Shown: positions 53,996 to 63,129 of the stretch, in pieces | Layout of the letters: every line of letters starts with the position of its first letter | How positions within the stretch are numbered: the first letter of the stretch is position 1 | Assembly: GCA_016297215.1 (NCBI GenBank) | Contig: JAEDGZ010000007.1 | Coordinates: 1,312 to 65,311, forward strand | DNA from: Paludibacteraceae bacterium | Lineage (GTDB): Bacteria; Bacteroidota; Bacteroidia; Bacteroidales; Paludibacteraceae | Length of the DNA stretch: 64,000 bases | Reading direction: 5' to 3' | Notes under the pieces: model-generated | Told to the model about the DNA's origin: nothing | Seen by the model: only the letters and a program-made list of their open reading frames with translations | The model's database searches: none | Translations under genes and position numbers: made by a program

Positions 53996-54762
53996 ACGCC
54001 ATGATTTTCGCCGCAGGGCTCGGCACCCGTCTCAAGCCCTTCACCGACAGCCATCCCAAAGCCCTCCTACCCCTCGCATGCAAGACCCTGCTCCAATGGC
54101 AGATAGAGCAACTGCATGCTGCCGGCATCACTGACATCGTGGTCAATGTGCACCACCATGCCGAGCAGATAATCGACTACCTGCAAAGGCAGGATTTCGG
54201 CTGCCATATCCGTATCAGCGATGAGCGCGCTGCATTGCTCGACACCGGCGGCGGCTTGCGCAAAGCCATGCACGAAGCCGCAGCAGACACGGACGACACC
54301 CCGTGGCTGGTATGCAACGTGGACATACTGAGCAACATCCGCCTGCCGCAGTTTATCCAAAGCCATCGTCCAAAAGACCTTGCCACGCTCGTGGTGAGTC
54401 AACGGCAGACGCAGCGCTACCTCCTCTTCGATGCCGACCAACTTCTCAAAGGATGGACGAACATCACAACGGGGGAACTCCGCCCACAAACACTCCCCTC
54501 CGAAACTGCGGTGCAATACGCCCTACTCGCTTTCTCCGGCATGCAGATCGTCTCCCCGCGGCTGTTACCCTATATGGATGAGGTAGCAAAAGAAAAGGGC
54601 GATAAGTTTTCGCTTATCGACCTTTATCTATCTATCTGCGAGCACCATCCCGAAGAGGTACTGCGCGCTTATATCCCTGCCGACTACCGCATGATGGACG
54701 TAGGCAAAACCGCCCAACTGAAAGACGCAGAGCGCTTCGCCGAGCAATTAACCGTCCGATGA
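53992..54762 (+). CDS. murU: MurNAc-alpha-1-phosphate uridylyltransferase-like nucleotidyltransferase
   Basis: 256 aa with the sugar-nucleotidyltransferase N-terminus MIFAAGLGTRLKPFTDSHPKALLPL. An ATGA overlap links it to amgK. Confidence 0.7.
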   Translation: MNAMIFAAGLGTRLKPFTDSHPKALLPLACKTLLQWQIEQLHAAGITDIVVNVHHHAEQIIDYLQRQDFGCHIRISDERAALLDTGGGLRKAMHEAAADTDDTPWLVCNVDILSNIRLPQFIQSHRPKDLATLVVSQRQTQRYLLFDADQLLKGWTNITTGELRPQTLPSETAVQYALLAFSGMQIVSPRLLPYMDEVAKEKGDKFSLIDLYLSICEHHPEEVLRAYIPADYRMMDVGKTAQLKDAERFAEQLTVR

Positions 54763-54790
54763 CCACCCGATACATTCAGCCAAATAAACC

Positions 54791-55261
54791 ATGAGAATTA
54801 AGTTATTAGTCGTTGGCAAAACCACCGATAGCCGCATCGTTTCACTGATAGAAGATTATCAAAATCGCCTAAGACACTATGTGCCTTTCTCGTTGGAGGT
54901 GCTGCCGGAGTTGCGAAATGCCAAGTCGCTGAGCGAAGAGCAGCAGAAGACGGCGGAGGGCGAGATGATTCTCAAAACCGTATCTGCTGCCGAAGAAATG
55001 ATATTGCTGGATGAGCACGGCAAGGAGTTTCGGTCAGTGGAGTTCAGCGAGTATTTGCAGAAGAAGATGTCTGCGGGGCGGGATATCGTGTTTGTAGTGG
55101 GCGGTCCATACGGTTTCTCGGAGGCAGTCTATGCACGCGCCAACAGCAAAATCTCCTTGAGCAAGATGACCTTCTCCCATCAGATGGTGCGCCTATTCTT
55201 TGTAGAGCAGATATACCGCGCCATGACCATCCTCCGCCATGAACCCTACCACCACGAATAG
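54791..55261 (+). CDS. rlmH: 23S rRNA (pseudouridine1915-N3)-methyltransferase
   Basis: 156 aa, SPOUT fold, with C-terminal LSKMTFSHQMVRLFFVEQIYRAMTI..EPYHH typical of RlmH. Confidence 0.9.
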   Translation: MRIKLLVVGKTTDSRIVSLIEDYQNRLRHYVPFSLEVLPELRNAKSLSEEQQKTAEGEMILKTVSAAEEMILLDEHGKEFRSVEFSEYLQKKMSAGRDIVFVVGGPYGFSEAVYARANSKISLSKMTFSHQMVRLFFVEQIYRAMTILRHEPYHHE

Positions 55262-55278
55262 GGCTCTACTATCTCTAC

Positions 55279-55359
55279 AAACATATAATTATCGTTAATT
55301 ATTCATATAATTTACACACCGATGCTCCTCAATAACTGCAATTATGGCAAATTACATGT
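55279..55359. repeat. AT-rich hairpin element (ACATATAATTATCG family) downstream of rlmH
   Basis: The sequence aacatataattatcgttaattattcat ... aataactgcaattatggcaaattacatgt forms imperfect inverted arms. Confidence 0.75.
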
Positions 55360-55420
55360 CAGAACGTAGTTTTTTTTTGAAAAAAATGCCAGAAAATTTG
55401 GTTATTTAAAAAAAAAGCCG

Positions 55421-55428
55421 TACCTTTG
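55421..55428 (+). promoter_or_regulatory. -7 box TACCTTTG for tRNA-Leu
   Basis: This is an exact TAnnTTTG match, 22 nt upstream of the tRNA 5' end. Confidence 0.6.
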
Positions 55429-55450
55429 CACCCGCTTTCAATGAGAGCAG

Positions 55451-55532
55451 GCCCAGATGGCGGAATCGGTAGACGCGCTGGTCTCAAACACCAGTGGAGC
55501 AATCCGTGCCGGTTCGACCCCGGCTCTGGGTA
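55451..55532 (+). tRNA. tRNA-Leu (anticodon CAA)
   Basis: The acceptor is gcccaga/tctgggt and the anticodon stem is ctggt/accag with loop ctCAAac. It has a long variable arm, a T arm gccgg-ttcgacc-ccggc and discriminator A. No CCA is encoded. Confidence 0.92.
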
Positions 55533-55656
55533 CTCAAGGGCGGTTCATACCGCCCTAATGTTTAACAATAGGGTCAAGCGGAAGACTTAAAAATGACGCT
55601 ATCCAACTCTAAATCTCGTAAATCGGGAGAGAGTAACTGAAAAGGAGGTGTATGCA

Positions 55657-55851
55657 ATGATCGTAGTACCGGTGAAAGAAGGCGAGAACATTGAGCGCGC
55701 GATTAAGAAATTCAAACGCAAATTCGACAAGACAGGTGTCATCAAGGAGTTGCGCCGTCGTCAACAGTTCAACAAGCCGTCGGAGGTAAAGCGTGTGAAA
55801 ATGGCGCATGCTAAGTACGTACAATCGCTCCACGCACACGATGATATGTAA
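55657..55851 (+). CDS. rpsU: 30S ribosomal protein S21
   Basis: MIVVPVKEGENIERAIKKFKRKFDKTGV is the canonical S21 N-terminus. The ORF track begins 9 nt earlier at a GTG. Confidence 0.92.
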   Translation: MIVVPVKEGENIERAIKKFKRKFDKTGVIKELRRRQQFNKPSEVKRVKMAHAKYVQSLHAHDDM

Positions 55852-55935
55852 TTTAATTATGAATTAAGAATTATGAATTATGAGGGCGTATGCTCTATAA
55901 ATAATTGAAATTCTAATTCAAAAATTACGTATAGA

Positions 55936-55971
55936 AAAATGCTGCTTAACAATGAGTTAGGCAGCATTTTT
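55936..55971 (+). terminator. Rho-independent terminator after rpsU (convergent with recG)
   Basis: The stem aatgctgcttaac / ttaggcagcatt is followed by tttgtttt. Confidence 0.75.
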
Positions 55972-55974
55972 GTT

Positions 55975-58065
55975 TTAGGATATATCCGACCAGTTTTGGG
56001 CGGTGATACGCAGGCGGTTGAATTGGTCTTTGTAGATTTGGTTGCGTTGGTCGGTGAGCGTGGGGTCTTGGTCGAGGAGGTCGGATGCGGCTTGGCGTGC
56101 CAATTCAAGCAGTTGCCCGTCGGATGTGAGGGAAGCAATATGCAGGTCAAAAGGCAATCCGGACTGTTGCGTACCCTCCAAATCGCCCGGACCGCGCAGT
56201 TGCAAGTCTGCCTCCGCAATACGGAAACCATCGTTGGTAGCCACCATGATATCCATCCGCTGCCGCGTCTCTTTGGTCAGTTCTACCTTCGTAAGCAGGA
56301 TGCAATAACTCTGCTCTGCGCCTCGCCCAACTCTACCCCGCAACTGGTGGAGTTGGCTCAGCCCGAATCGCTCTGCGTTCTCGATAATCATCACCGTGGC
56401 ATTCGGCACATTCACGCCCACCTCAATGACGGTGGTCGCTACTAGTATCTGTGTCTCCCCCTTGACGAAACGCTGCATCTGTTCGTCCTTGTCCTTCGCC
56501 TTCATCTGCCCGTGTACCATCGAGAGACGGTAATTAGGAAACGTATCGCAGAGTTCGTTGTAGCCGTTTTGCAAGTCTTGCATATCCAGTTTCTCGTTCT
56601 CTTTGATGAGCGGGAAAACGATATAGACCTGCCGCCCTGCCTCTATCTGTTTGGAGATAAACTGATTGACAGACGCTTTGCGTTGGATGGAATAGTGCAG
56701 CGTATGCACAGGCTTGCGTCCGGGGGGCAGTTCGTCTATCACGCTCACGCGCAGGTCGCCATAGACGGTCATCGCCAGCGTGCGGGGGATAGGCGTAGCG
56801 GTCATCACCAGCACATGCGGCGGACAGACGTTCTTGCTCCATAGCTTGGCACGCTGTGCCACTCCGAAACGGTGTTGCTCATCCACCACTACCAATCCTA
56901 AATTACCCCACTGTACATTATCCTCCAGCAACGCATGCGTACCGATAAGGATATCTATCTCCCCGTTCTGCAAGGAGGGGAGCAGCGTGGCACGCTCTTT
57001 CTTGGACGTGGAGCCGGTAAGGAGCGCGATACGCACCTCAGGGACGGCGGCAAGGAAGGAGGATAATGTGGCAAAATGCTGATTGGCAAGTATCTCCGTA
57101 GGCGCCATGATACAGGTCTGGAAACCGTTGTCCACGGCGAGCAGGCAACACAAGAGCGCCACGAGCGTCTTCCCGCTCCCTACATCGCCCTGCAAGAGAC
57201 GATTCATCTGCCTGCCGGATTTGAGGTCGCTCTGAATCTCGCGGATAACCCGCTTCTGTGCATTAGTTAGTTCAAAGGGGAGGGAACGGTAGAGAGCATT
57301 GAAGGTCTTGCCGACGATAGGCATAGCATAACCTTGGTTCTGCTCCCGCCGCTTCATCTGCCTAAGTATCTGCAACTGGATATAGAACAGTTCCTCGAAC
57401 TTCAGCCGCTCGCGCGCCCGCTGCATAGACTGGGTATCCTTCGGGAAATGGACGTTGAGGAGGGCTTGGGTCAGCGACATGAGATGATACTGCTGCAAGA
57501 GGTCGCTGCCCATGGTGTCTTGCACGCCCTCGGCGGTAAGGTCGGGGATGAGATGGGAGATGATGGTGCGCATCGCCTTGGAGTTCAGCCCCTTCTTCTT
57601 CATCGTCTCCGAGGTGTTGTAGTAAGGCTCTAAGCCTTTCGTCATCTCGGGCGTAACTTTCTCCCATGGAGTCAACTCGGGGTGCACAAAGTTGAACAGG
57701 TGATTGAAGCGCGAGGGCTTGCCAAAGAGCAGGTATTTCACACCCTTTTGCAGTTTGACATATTGAATACCCTTGAACCAAACCAACTCGATGATATGGC
57801 TCCCGTCCGAGAACGTGGCGCTCAGACGCGCTCCCTTCCCCGTACCGATGGTGTGCCACTCGGTTACTTCTCCCACTATCTGCACATAGGTTTCTTCATC
57901 TTCTATCTCGGCTATCTTGTAGAAGCGGCTGCGGTCAATATACTTGTAGGGATACTGCCGCAACATATCCAGCGCCGTGGTTACCCCCAGCTCTTTACGA
58001 AGAGTGTCGGCACGATTCGTACCGACACCCTTGCAATATGCTATGTCTCGTTGAGAGAGCAACAA
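55975..58065 (-). CDS. recG: ATP-dependent DNA helicase RecG
   Basis: 696 aa with a wedge domain, helicase motifs (GDVGSGKT, DEQHRFG) and a C-terminal TRG region. The only in-frame start before the conserved N-terminus is TTG at 58065. Confidence 0.93.
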   Translation of the reverse strand: MLLSQRDIAYCKGVGTNRADTLRKELGVTTALDMLRQYPYKYIDRSRFYKIAEIEDEETYVQIVGEVTEWHTIGTGKGARLSATFSDGSHIIELVWFKGIQYVKLQKGVKYLLFGKPSRFNHLFNFVHPELTPWEKVTPEMTKGLEPYYNTSETMKKKGLNSKAMRTIISHLIPDLTAEGVQDTMGSDLLQQYHLMSLTQALLNVHFPKDTQSMQRARERLKFEELFYIQLQILRQMKRREQNQGYAMPIVGKTFNALYRSLPFELTNAQKRVIREIQSDLKSGRQMNRLLQGDVGSGKTLVALLCCLLAVDNGFQTCIMAPTEILANQHFATLSSFLAAVPEVRIALLTGSTSKKERATLLPSLQNGEIDILIGTHALLEDNVQWGNLGLVVVDEQHRFGVAQRAKLWSKNVCPPHVLVMTATPIPRTLAMTVYGDLRVSVIDELPPGRKPVHTLHYSIQRKASVNQFISKQIEAGRQVYIVFPLIKENEKLDMQDLQNGYNELCDTFPNYRLSMVHGQMKAKDKDEQMQRFVKGETQILVATTVIEVGVNVPNATVMIIENAERFGLSQLHQLRGRVGRGAEQSYCILLTKVELTKETRQRMDIMVATNDGFRIAEADLQLRGPGDLEGTQQSGLPFDLHIASLTSDGQLLELARQAASDLLDQDPTLTDQRNQIYKDQFNRLRITAQNWSDIS

Positions 58066-58180
58066 TGCTAATTAAGAATTATGAATTAAGAATTAAGAGG
58101 GCATTGGTGGTTCTATAAACTACGAGACCATCGTTCTTGTTTATTTAGGAACTGCCCGCCTCAATCTCATTTAAGCCTTA

Positions 58181-58861
58181 TTATTGCAGACGGAAGTTAA
58201 CAGGTACGGTGTATTTCACGCGTACAGCCTTACCACGCTGCTTACCGGGTTTCCATTTAGGCATGGACTTGATGACACGCACCGCCTCTTTGTCAAGCGA
58301 AGCATCGCCACCCGAGCGCACAACCTCTACATCCACAATCGAACCGTCCTTGTTCACCACAAACTGGCAGATAACACGACCTTGGATACCGTTCTCTTGT
58401 GCGATAACAGGATACTTCACGTTCTCGCTCAGGTATTTGAAGAGTGCTTGCTGCCCGCCCGGGAACTCCGGCATCGTCTCTACGACCACGAACACCACTT
58501 CTTCCTCTTCTTCCTCCACGGGAGCCTCTACCGGTGCGGCAATCACTACCTCCACGTCTTTATCGTCTTCCGTATTGATTTCGATAGACTCGGTCTCCAC
58601 ATCGTCTTCCACCACGTTGAGCACCTCTACCTCCTGTACGGGGGGCGGTGGGGGCGGAGGAGTGGTTTCCTGAGTGGTCTGCTGGATTTCTACTTCCTCC
58701 TCGAAAGTGAACTCCGTATCTGCCACCTCATACTTCGTTACTTCTTTCTCCGTCCACTCCAACGCTACATAACAAAGGCTCAAGACGAAGACAAAACCCA
58801 TCAAGACATAGACTACTTTCTTGTCTTCCAGACTGGCTTTTTGTGACTTTTTGAGTTGCAT
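58181..58861 (-). CDS. tonB: Energy transducer TonB
   Basis: 226 aa with an N-terminal TM and a Pro/Glu-rich spacer (TPPPPPPPVQEVEV). The C-terminal TonB domain has (FPGGQQALFKYL..YPVIAQENGIQGRV). Confidence 0.88.
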   Translation of the reverse strand: MQLKKSQKASLEDKKVVYVLMGFVFVLSLCYVALEWTEKEVTKYEVADTEFTFEEEVEIQQTTQETTPPPPPPPVQEVEVLNVVEDDVETESIEINTEDDKDVEVVIAAPVEAPVEEEEEEVVFVVVETMPEFPGGQQALFKYLSENVKYPVIAQENGIQGRVICQFVVNKDGSIVDVEVVRSGGDASLDKEAVRVIKSMPKWKPGKQRGKAVRVKYTVPVNFRLQ

Positions 58862-59123
58862 ATTGTGTTAGTTATTAGATTTTACTTTTGGATGAAAGAC
58901 CGCTCGCTGAAGGATAAAAGATGAAAGACGGATTAGCATCGGCTCTGATTAATGTTCATCATAACGAATAGCATTCTTACCTTACATCCCATATTCTCGA
59001 AGCTAGGGGAGGCCTAACTCAAAATCGGATGCAAATTTACTGCTTTTTTCTGAATAATACAAACATTTCATGCTTTTTTTGTGATTTTTTCTTGTTTTCG
59101 TTGGAAAATCCGCAAAAAAGCAC

Positions 59124-59131
59124 TACCTTTG
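59124..59131 (+). promoter_or_regulatory. -7 box TACCTTTG just upstream of the flippase gene
   Basis: This is an exact TAnnTTTG match, but only 10 nt from ATG 59141. The mRNA would be nearly leaderless. Confidence 0.3.
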
Positions 59132-59140
59132 CAAACGGAA

Positions 59141-60418
59141 ATGAAGGAACGAATACGGAAAATAGCCCGCTCGGAGTTGGTACGTAACTCTGCTAAATTG
59201 CTTTCTGCAAATGTAATTGCACAAGCGATAGGGCTCTTGGTCTATCCCATCCTGACCCGTCTCTACAGCCCCGAAGATTTCGGACTATTAAACCTGTTTC
59301 TAAGCATCGGCGGGGTGCTGGTGCTTCTTTCTACCGCAGAGTATCAGTATGCCATCGTTCTTCCGAAAAAAGATGAGGAAGCGCGTGGATTGGTGCATAT
59401 ATGCGGTTTCCTGCTTCTCATCACTACGGGCATAGTGCTCTTGAGTGTACCCTTTTCCAAACCTATTGCTCGCTTATTTAATACGCCAGAATTAGCCAAC
59501 TGGTATTGGTTAATGCCGCTGTTTGTGTTTGTGATGGGGCTATGGAATATATTAAATTACTGGTATATACGGCGGAAACAATTTGGAGCCATATCTCGCT
59601 ATCAGATTTCTCAGTCGGTATTATCGTCTCTAACGAAGATAGCAATGGGATGCATAAAGAATATCCATTGTGGATTAATTATTGGAAGTTTATTTGGTCC
59701 GCTGTTACCAATGGTCGTTAACCTATATCATGCAACAGCAGATAAGTTGCTACGCCATTTACAGCCTAAAAAGAATTATCGGACACTGATGTCTCAGTAC
59801 AAAAATTTTCCTTTATTCTCCTTTCCCCGAGCTTTGTTAAACCAGTTGGGCAGTAACATGCCCACCTTGTTGTTAACGCCATTCTTTGGCTTAACAGAAA
59901 TCGGTTTTTTTAGTATGAGTATCACTCTTGGGTTTCGTCCTATTAATATGCTTTGTAGTTCTATCTACCAAGTAATGTATCAACGTTTAGCAGAAAGGGT
60001 GATAAACAAGGATAGTATTTGGAAACTATTAGCCAAATATATTATCAGAACAGGTTCTATTTCTATATTGTTTTTTCTGATCTTATTTTTTATATTACCA
60101 GACATAGTAACTTTCTTATTAGGCGAAGAATGGCTAACTACCAGCAAATATATTCAACTCATGTTGCCTTGGTTATTGATGGTCATTTTAGTTTCTACCA
60201 CAAGCTACATAACTGACATATTTCAGCGTCAAAGAGGATATATGATTTTTGAGATTATTTATGTATTAAGTCGTTTAGCAGCACTAATTATCGGAATAAT
60301 CTATGATTCTATGTATATATCCATCAGTTTATTTTGTATTGTCAGCAGCATTATTCTTTTACTTGAATTTATCTGGTTTGCACATATAATATACACATAT
60401 GAAGAATCTATCAAATAG
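59141..60418 (+). CDS. Wzx-like oligosaccharide/polysaccharide flippase (MOP superfamily)
   Basis: About 425 aa from MKERIRKIARSELVRNSAKLLSANVIAQAIGLLVYPILTRLYSPEDFG, with multiple TM helices. The gene is AT-rich. Confidence 0.8.
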   Translation: MKERIRKIARSELVRNSAKLLSANVIAQAIGLLVYPILTRLYSPEDFGLLNLFLSIGGVLVLLSTAEYQYAIVLPKKDEEARGLVHICGFLLLITTGIVLLSVPFSKPIARLFNTPELANWYWLMPLFVFVMGLWNILNYWYIRRKQFGAISRYQISQSVLSSLTKIAMGCIKNIHCGLIIGSLFGPLLPMVVNLYHATADKLLRHLQPKKNYRTLMSQYKNFPLFSFPRALLNQLGSNMPTLLLTPFFGLTEIGFFSMSITLGFRPINMLCSSIYQVMYQRLAERVINKDSIWKLLAKYIIRTGSISILFFLILFFILPDIVTFLLGEEWLTTSKYIQLMLPWLLMVILVSTTSYITDIFQRQRGYMIFEIIYVLSRLAALIIGIIYDSMYISISLFCIVSSIILLLEFIWFAHIIYTYEESIK

Positions 60419-61976
60419 TAAATTTTGCTTGTCTTGTTATAATAATAGTTGGGTTCATACGGAGTTTGTTTCTGCAACAGGATATGCCTTTGTTGGCAGT
60501 AATAAATTATTGAATGCAAAAGAACTAACTATCTTTTTTAATGTTGCAAGTGAGGCAGAATGGGTAAAGAAATTGCAAGAATGCAATGGGATATTTGCAG
60601 TCGTTTGTCATAATAAATTTTTCAGCGCAGCAGCAATAGATTCTACTCGTCTTCATCCAATATATTATCGATTACTAAATGAACATATAGTGCTAACGGA
60701 TAGTCCCTATACCCTAATTCAGAAGGGAGATACAGAAGACTCCGAGTCAGTATGCTTCTATACCACGTCAGGGGCGACATTTGAGGGAAAGACCCTAATA
60801 CAAAACATACTACAGATCAGACCCAATCATTATCTACTATGTAATGGAGAGCAGAAAGGATACTATTCATACAAAACATCTCTTAGTGAGATTCATATGC
60901 CCACCTATACCGAAATGGAAACAATGTTGGATAATGTATTCCAACGGCTAAATCAAAAAATAGGTAATCATCAAGTGGTGATACCATTAAGCGGTGGATA
61001 TGATTCAAGATTGATATTATGTATGTTGAAACGGTTGGGGTGCCAAGATGTGTTATGCTATACAGTAGGCAGAGAAGGTAATCAGGAAAGTCATATTGCT
61101 CAAAAAGTTGCTTTACAATTAGGCTATAAATGGTACAATATAGATAGCACCCAAGAAAGTCTGCGAAGGCTTATAGACCCGACATCCTTAACATTTCAAC
61201 ACTACTACACGTTTTTAGGGGGATTGTGTAACTTTGTATGGCTTTTTGATTATGTTGCCATCACCTATTTACAGCAGCAAAGGCTTCTCAAAGAAGATGC
61301 CATTTTCATTCCCGGGCATGCTGCCGATTTTAATGCAGGTTCACACTTAAGGAAAGCTTGTATACACCAACGGGATACTATTTCCTATCTCACATCAGGA
61401 CTTTTGTATGACAATTTTGAATATCAAGGGCAGGAATATGTGCGCCCCACAATATATAACTATTTTTCTGTAAATAAAAAAGTTCATATTGCCGATTGGT
61501 CGCTTTTCCAAGCTTTTATATTTCAAAACCGTTTGCCGCACAATATACTCAATTCTGCGCGAATATATGAATATATGGGCTACGAAATAGCATTGCCTTT
61601 TTGGGATAGAGAATTTATTGAAATGTTTCGTAAGATGCCATACCAAGGACTGGAAAACAAGTCTTTCTATACCGATTATGTCCAAGCACAAGTATTTCAG
61701 CCAATGCAAGTAGACTATATCTCCCCTTCACATTCTGCGTTCTACTACTATCATATGAAAATAAAGAAACGCATAAAATCCATTTTACCAACAAATCTTG
61801 CACATTGTTTCGTACATTTGCAAGATTCATTGGGGGAAAGAGAGTTATCTCAACCTCTATTAGAGGAATTGGTGCATAAGAAAGTCTATCGGACGCAAAA
61901 AGAAGTCCTTTGTGTCAATCAAATTATGAAAGATTGGTATTTAATGAAAGTGCGAGAATACCTGCAACAAGTTTAG
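60399..61976 (+). CDS. Asparagine synthetase B-like ATP-pyrophosphatase lacking the N-terminal catalytic Cys
   Basis: 525 aa with the PP-loop VVIPLSGGYDSRL. The N-terminal Ntn-like region (NGIFAVVCHN..IDSTRLHPIYY) is present, but the protein starts MKNLSN with no Cys2. It overlaps the flippase by 20 nt. Confidence 0.7.
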   Translation: MKNLSNSKFCLSCYNNSWVHTEFVSATGYAFVGSNKLLNAKELTIFFNVASEAEWVKKLQECNGIFAVVCHNKFFSAAAIDSTRLHPIYYRLLNEHIVLTDSPYTLIQKGDTEDSESVCFYTTSGATFEGKTLIQNILQIRPNHYLLCNGEQKGYYSYKTSLSEIHMPTYTEMETMLDNVFQRLNQKIGNHQVVIPLSGGYDSRLILCMLKRLGCQDVLCYTVGREGNQESHIAQKVALQLGYKWYNIDSTQESLRRLIDPTSLTFQHYYTFLGGLCNFVWLFDYVAITYLQQQRLLKEDAIFIPGHAADFNAGSHLRKACIHQRDTISYLTSGLLYDNFEYQGQEYVRPTIYNYFSVNKKVHIADWSLFQAFIFQNRLPHNILNSARIYEYMGYEIALPFWDREFIEMFRKMPYQGLENKSFYTDYVQAQVFQPMQVDYISPSHSAFYYYHMKIKKRIKSILPTNLAHCFVHLQDSLGERELSQPLLEELVHKKVYRTQKEVLCVNQIMKDWYLMKVREYLQQV

Positions 61977-61987
61977 CTGAGAAACAA

Positions 61988-62953
61988 TTAAGAAATACGG
62001 TATCTTAGGTTGCGGAGGTGGTTGAAGAATAGCGCAAGACGGAAGATTGGGTGGTAGTACTTCTCTATGCTATAGTACTTATAAGGCTCTGAGCCGAACT
62101 GTTTATAATGGTTGGCGATGGAGCGCACCATGGAGCCTTCGAAATCAAAATGGACTTGTTTCTCGCGGGCAAGTTTGATGGATTCCAATACCAGCAGTGC
62201 ACCGGCGCCGGAGTTCTTAAACTCCAACGAGTAGCAGGGGATGAGGTAATACATCAGTTTGTTGTCCCATGCGAGGAAGGCGGCGGCGTGGGTGTGGTTG
62301 TCGGCATCTTTGATGGCGATGATAGCGCACTGGTTAAGTCGATGGAGTTTGCGCTCGAGGACGAGGAAGAACTCGCGAGAATAGGTAATCGCCTTGCGCT
62401 GCTCCGCCATGCATGTGGTGTGGAAGCGGTAGAAGTCCTCGGGGGACATGCTGTAGTCGGCATGCAGGGAGAGGGCTTTCTGGAGTTGGCGTTTCTTGTT
62501 TTTGGAGAAGCGCCCGATGAGGGCGTTGAGGTCGCTGAGGTCGTTGATGCGGTAGGTGATACGCTCGCGTGCTTTGAATCCCAACGCCTGCATAGGCTCC
62601 ACGCAGAGCGACTTAGGGGCGTACTGCTGGTAGTAGTAAGCAAGGTGAAGGCTGTCTAACTGCTCGGCGAGCATACGGCAGATCTCCGCCACCTGCCACT
62701 GGTCTTCCGTATATTGCGACGCCACCCAGATGCCGCCTATCTGCGTCTGCTGCGGCATGACGATATAGCGCATCCACAGGCGTTTGCGAATGAGATAGGG
62801 CATGGCACCCATGATCTCGCCTTGGTCGTTCTCCGCCAAGAGGACATCCCACTCTTTGCCCGCGCATACCGCCTCCATCCACCACGGTTGCATGGTGAGA
62901 GGGAGGTATTCTTGGGCGGCAGCCCACTCGGTATATCGCTGTTTGTTGGTCAT
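61988..62953 (-). CDS. FemAB/CelD-like GNAT (Acetyltransf_6-type) protein
   Basis: The start is taken at MTNKQRYTEWAA (62953); the 10-codon extension is encoded by a ttgacaat-type array. Length and the C-terminal SGAGALLVLESIKLAREKQVHFDFEGS fit FemAB-like GNATs. Confidence 0.5.
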   Translation of the reverse strand: MTNKQRYTEWAAAQEYLPLTMQPWWMEAVCAGKEWDVLLAENDQGEIMGAMPYLIRKRLWMRYIVMPQQTQIGGIWVASQYTEDQWQVAEICRMLAEQLDSLHLAYYYQQYAPKSLCVEPMQALGFKARERITYRINDLSDLNALIGRFSKNKKRQLQKALSLHADYSMSPEDFYRFHTTCMAEQRKAITYSREFFLVLERKLHRLNQCAIIAIKDADNHTHAAAFLAWDNKLMYYLIPCYSLEFKNSGAGALLVLESIKLAREKQVHFDFEGSMVRSIANHYKQFGSEPYKYYSIEKYYHPIFRLALFFNHLRNLRYRIS

Positions 62954-63047
62954 GGGGAAATTTGACAATTTACTATTTGACAAATAACACCGCCGTATTA
63001 CACTTTTTGCTCACAAAAACAAACTATAATCACGTTTCTAACTTTCC

Positions 63048-63126
63048 GCAGGCGAGACGCCTGCGTCCCCAGTAGTTCGTTATCTGCTTTATCTTATGGT
63101 GCAGCCTGGAGACCGCACCTCCTTGG
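63048..63126 (+). repeat. REP-like hairpin pair
   Basis: The pair is gcaggcgagacgcctgcgtccccag (63048-63072) and ggtgcagcctggagaccgcacctccttgg (63098-63126). The same two modules occur in the 32963-33127 cluster. Confidence 0.9.
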
Positions 63127-63129
63127 TTG

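Noticed and set aside
55633-55660. AAGGAGGTG upstream of rpsU, and the same word at 32851-32862, as Shine-Dalgarno sites marking hidden small ORFs.
   Set aside because: The rpsU case fits the known gene. The 32851 copy would precede only a 7-codon GTG ORF (VYLSPWS). Bacteroidetes make little use of SD pairing, so there is no support for a gene.
60399-61976. Lasso-peptide biosynthetic cluster, suggested by the AsnB-like cyclase homologue.
   Set aside because: No transglutaminase-like leader peptidase, RiPP recognition element or short precursor ORF is adjacent. The upstream partner is a Wzx-type flippase rather than an ABC exporter.
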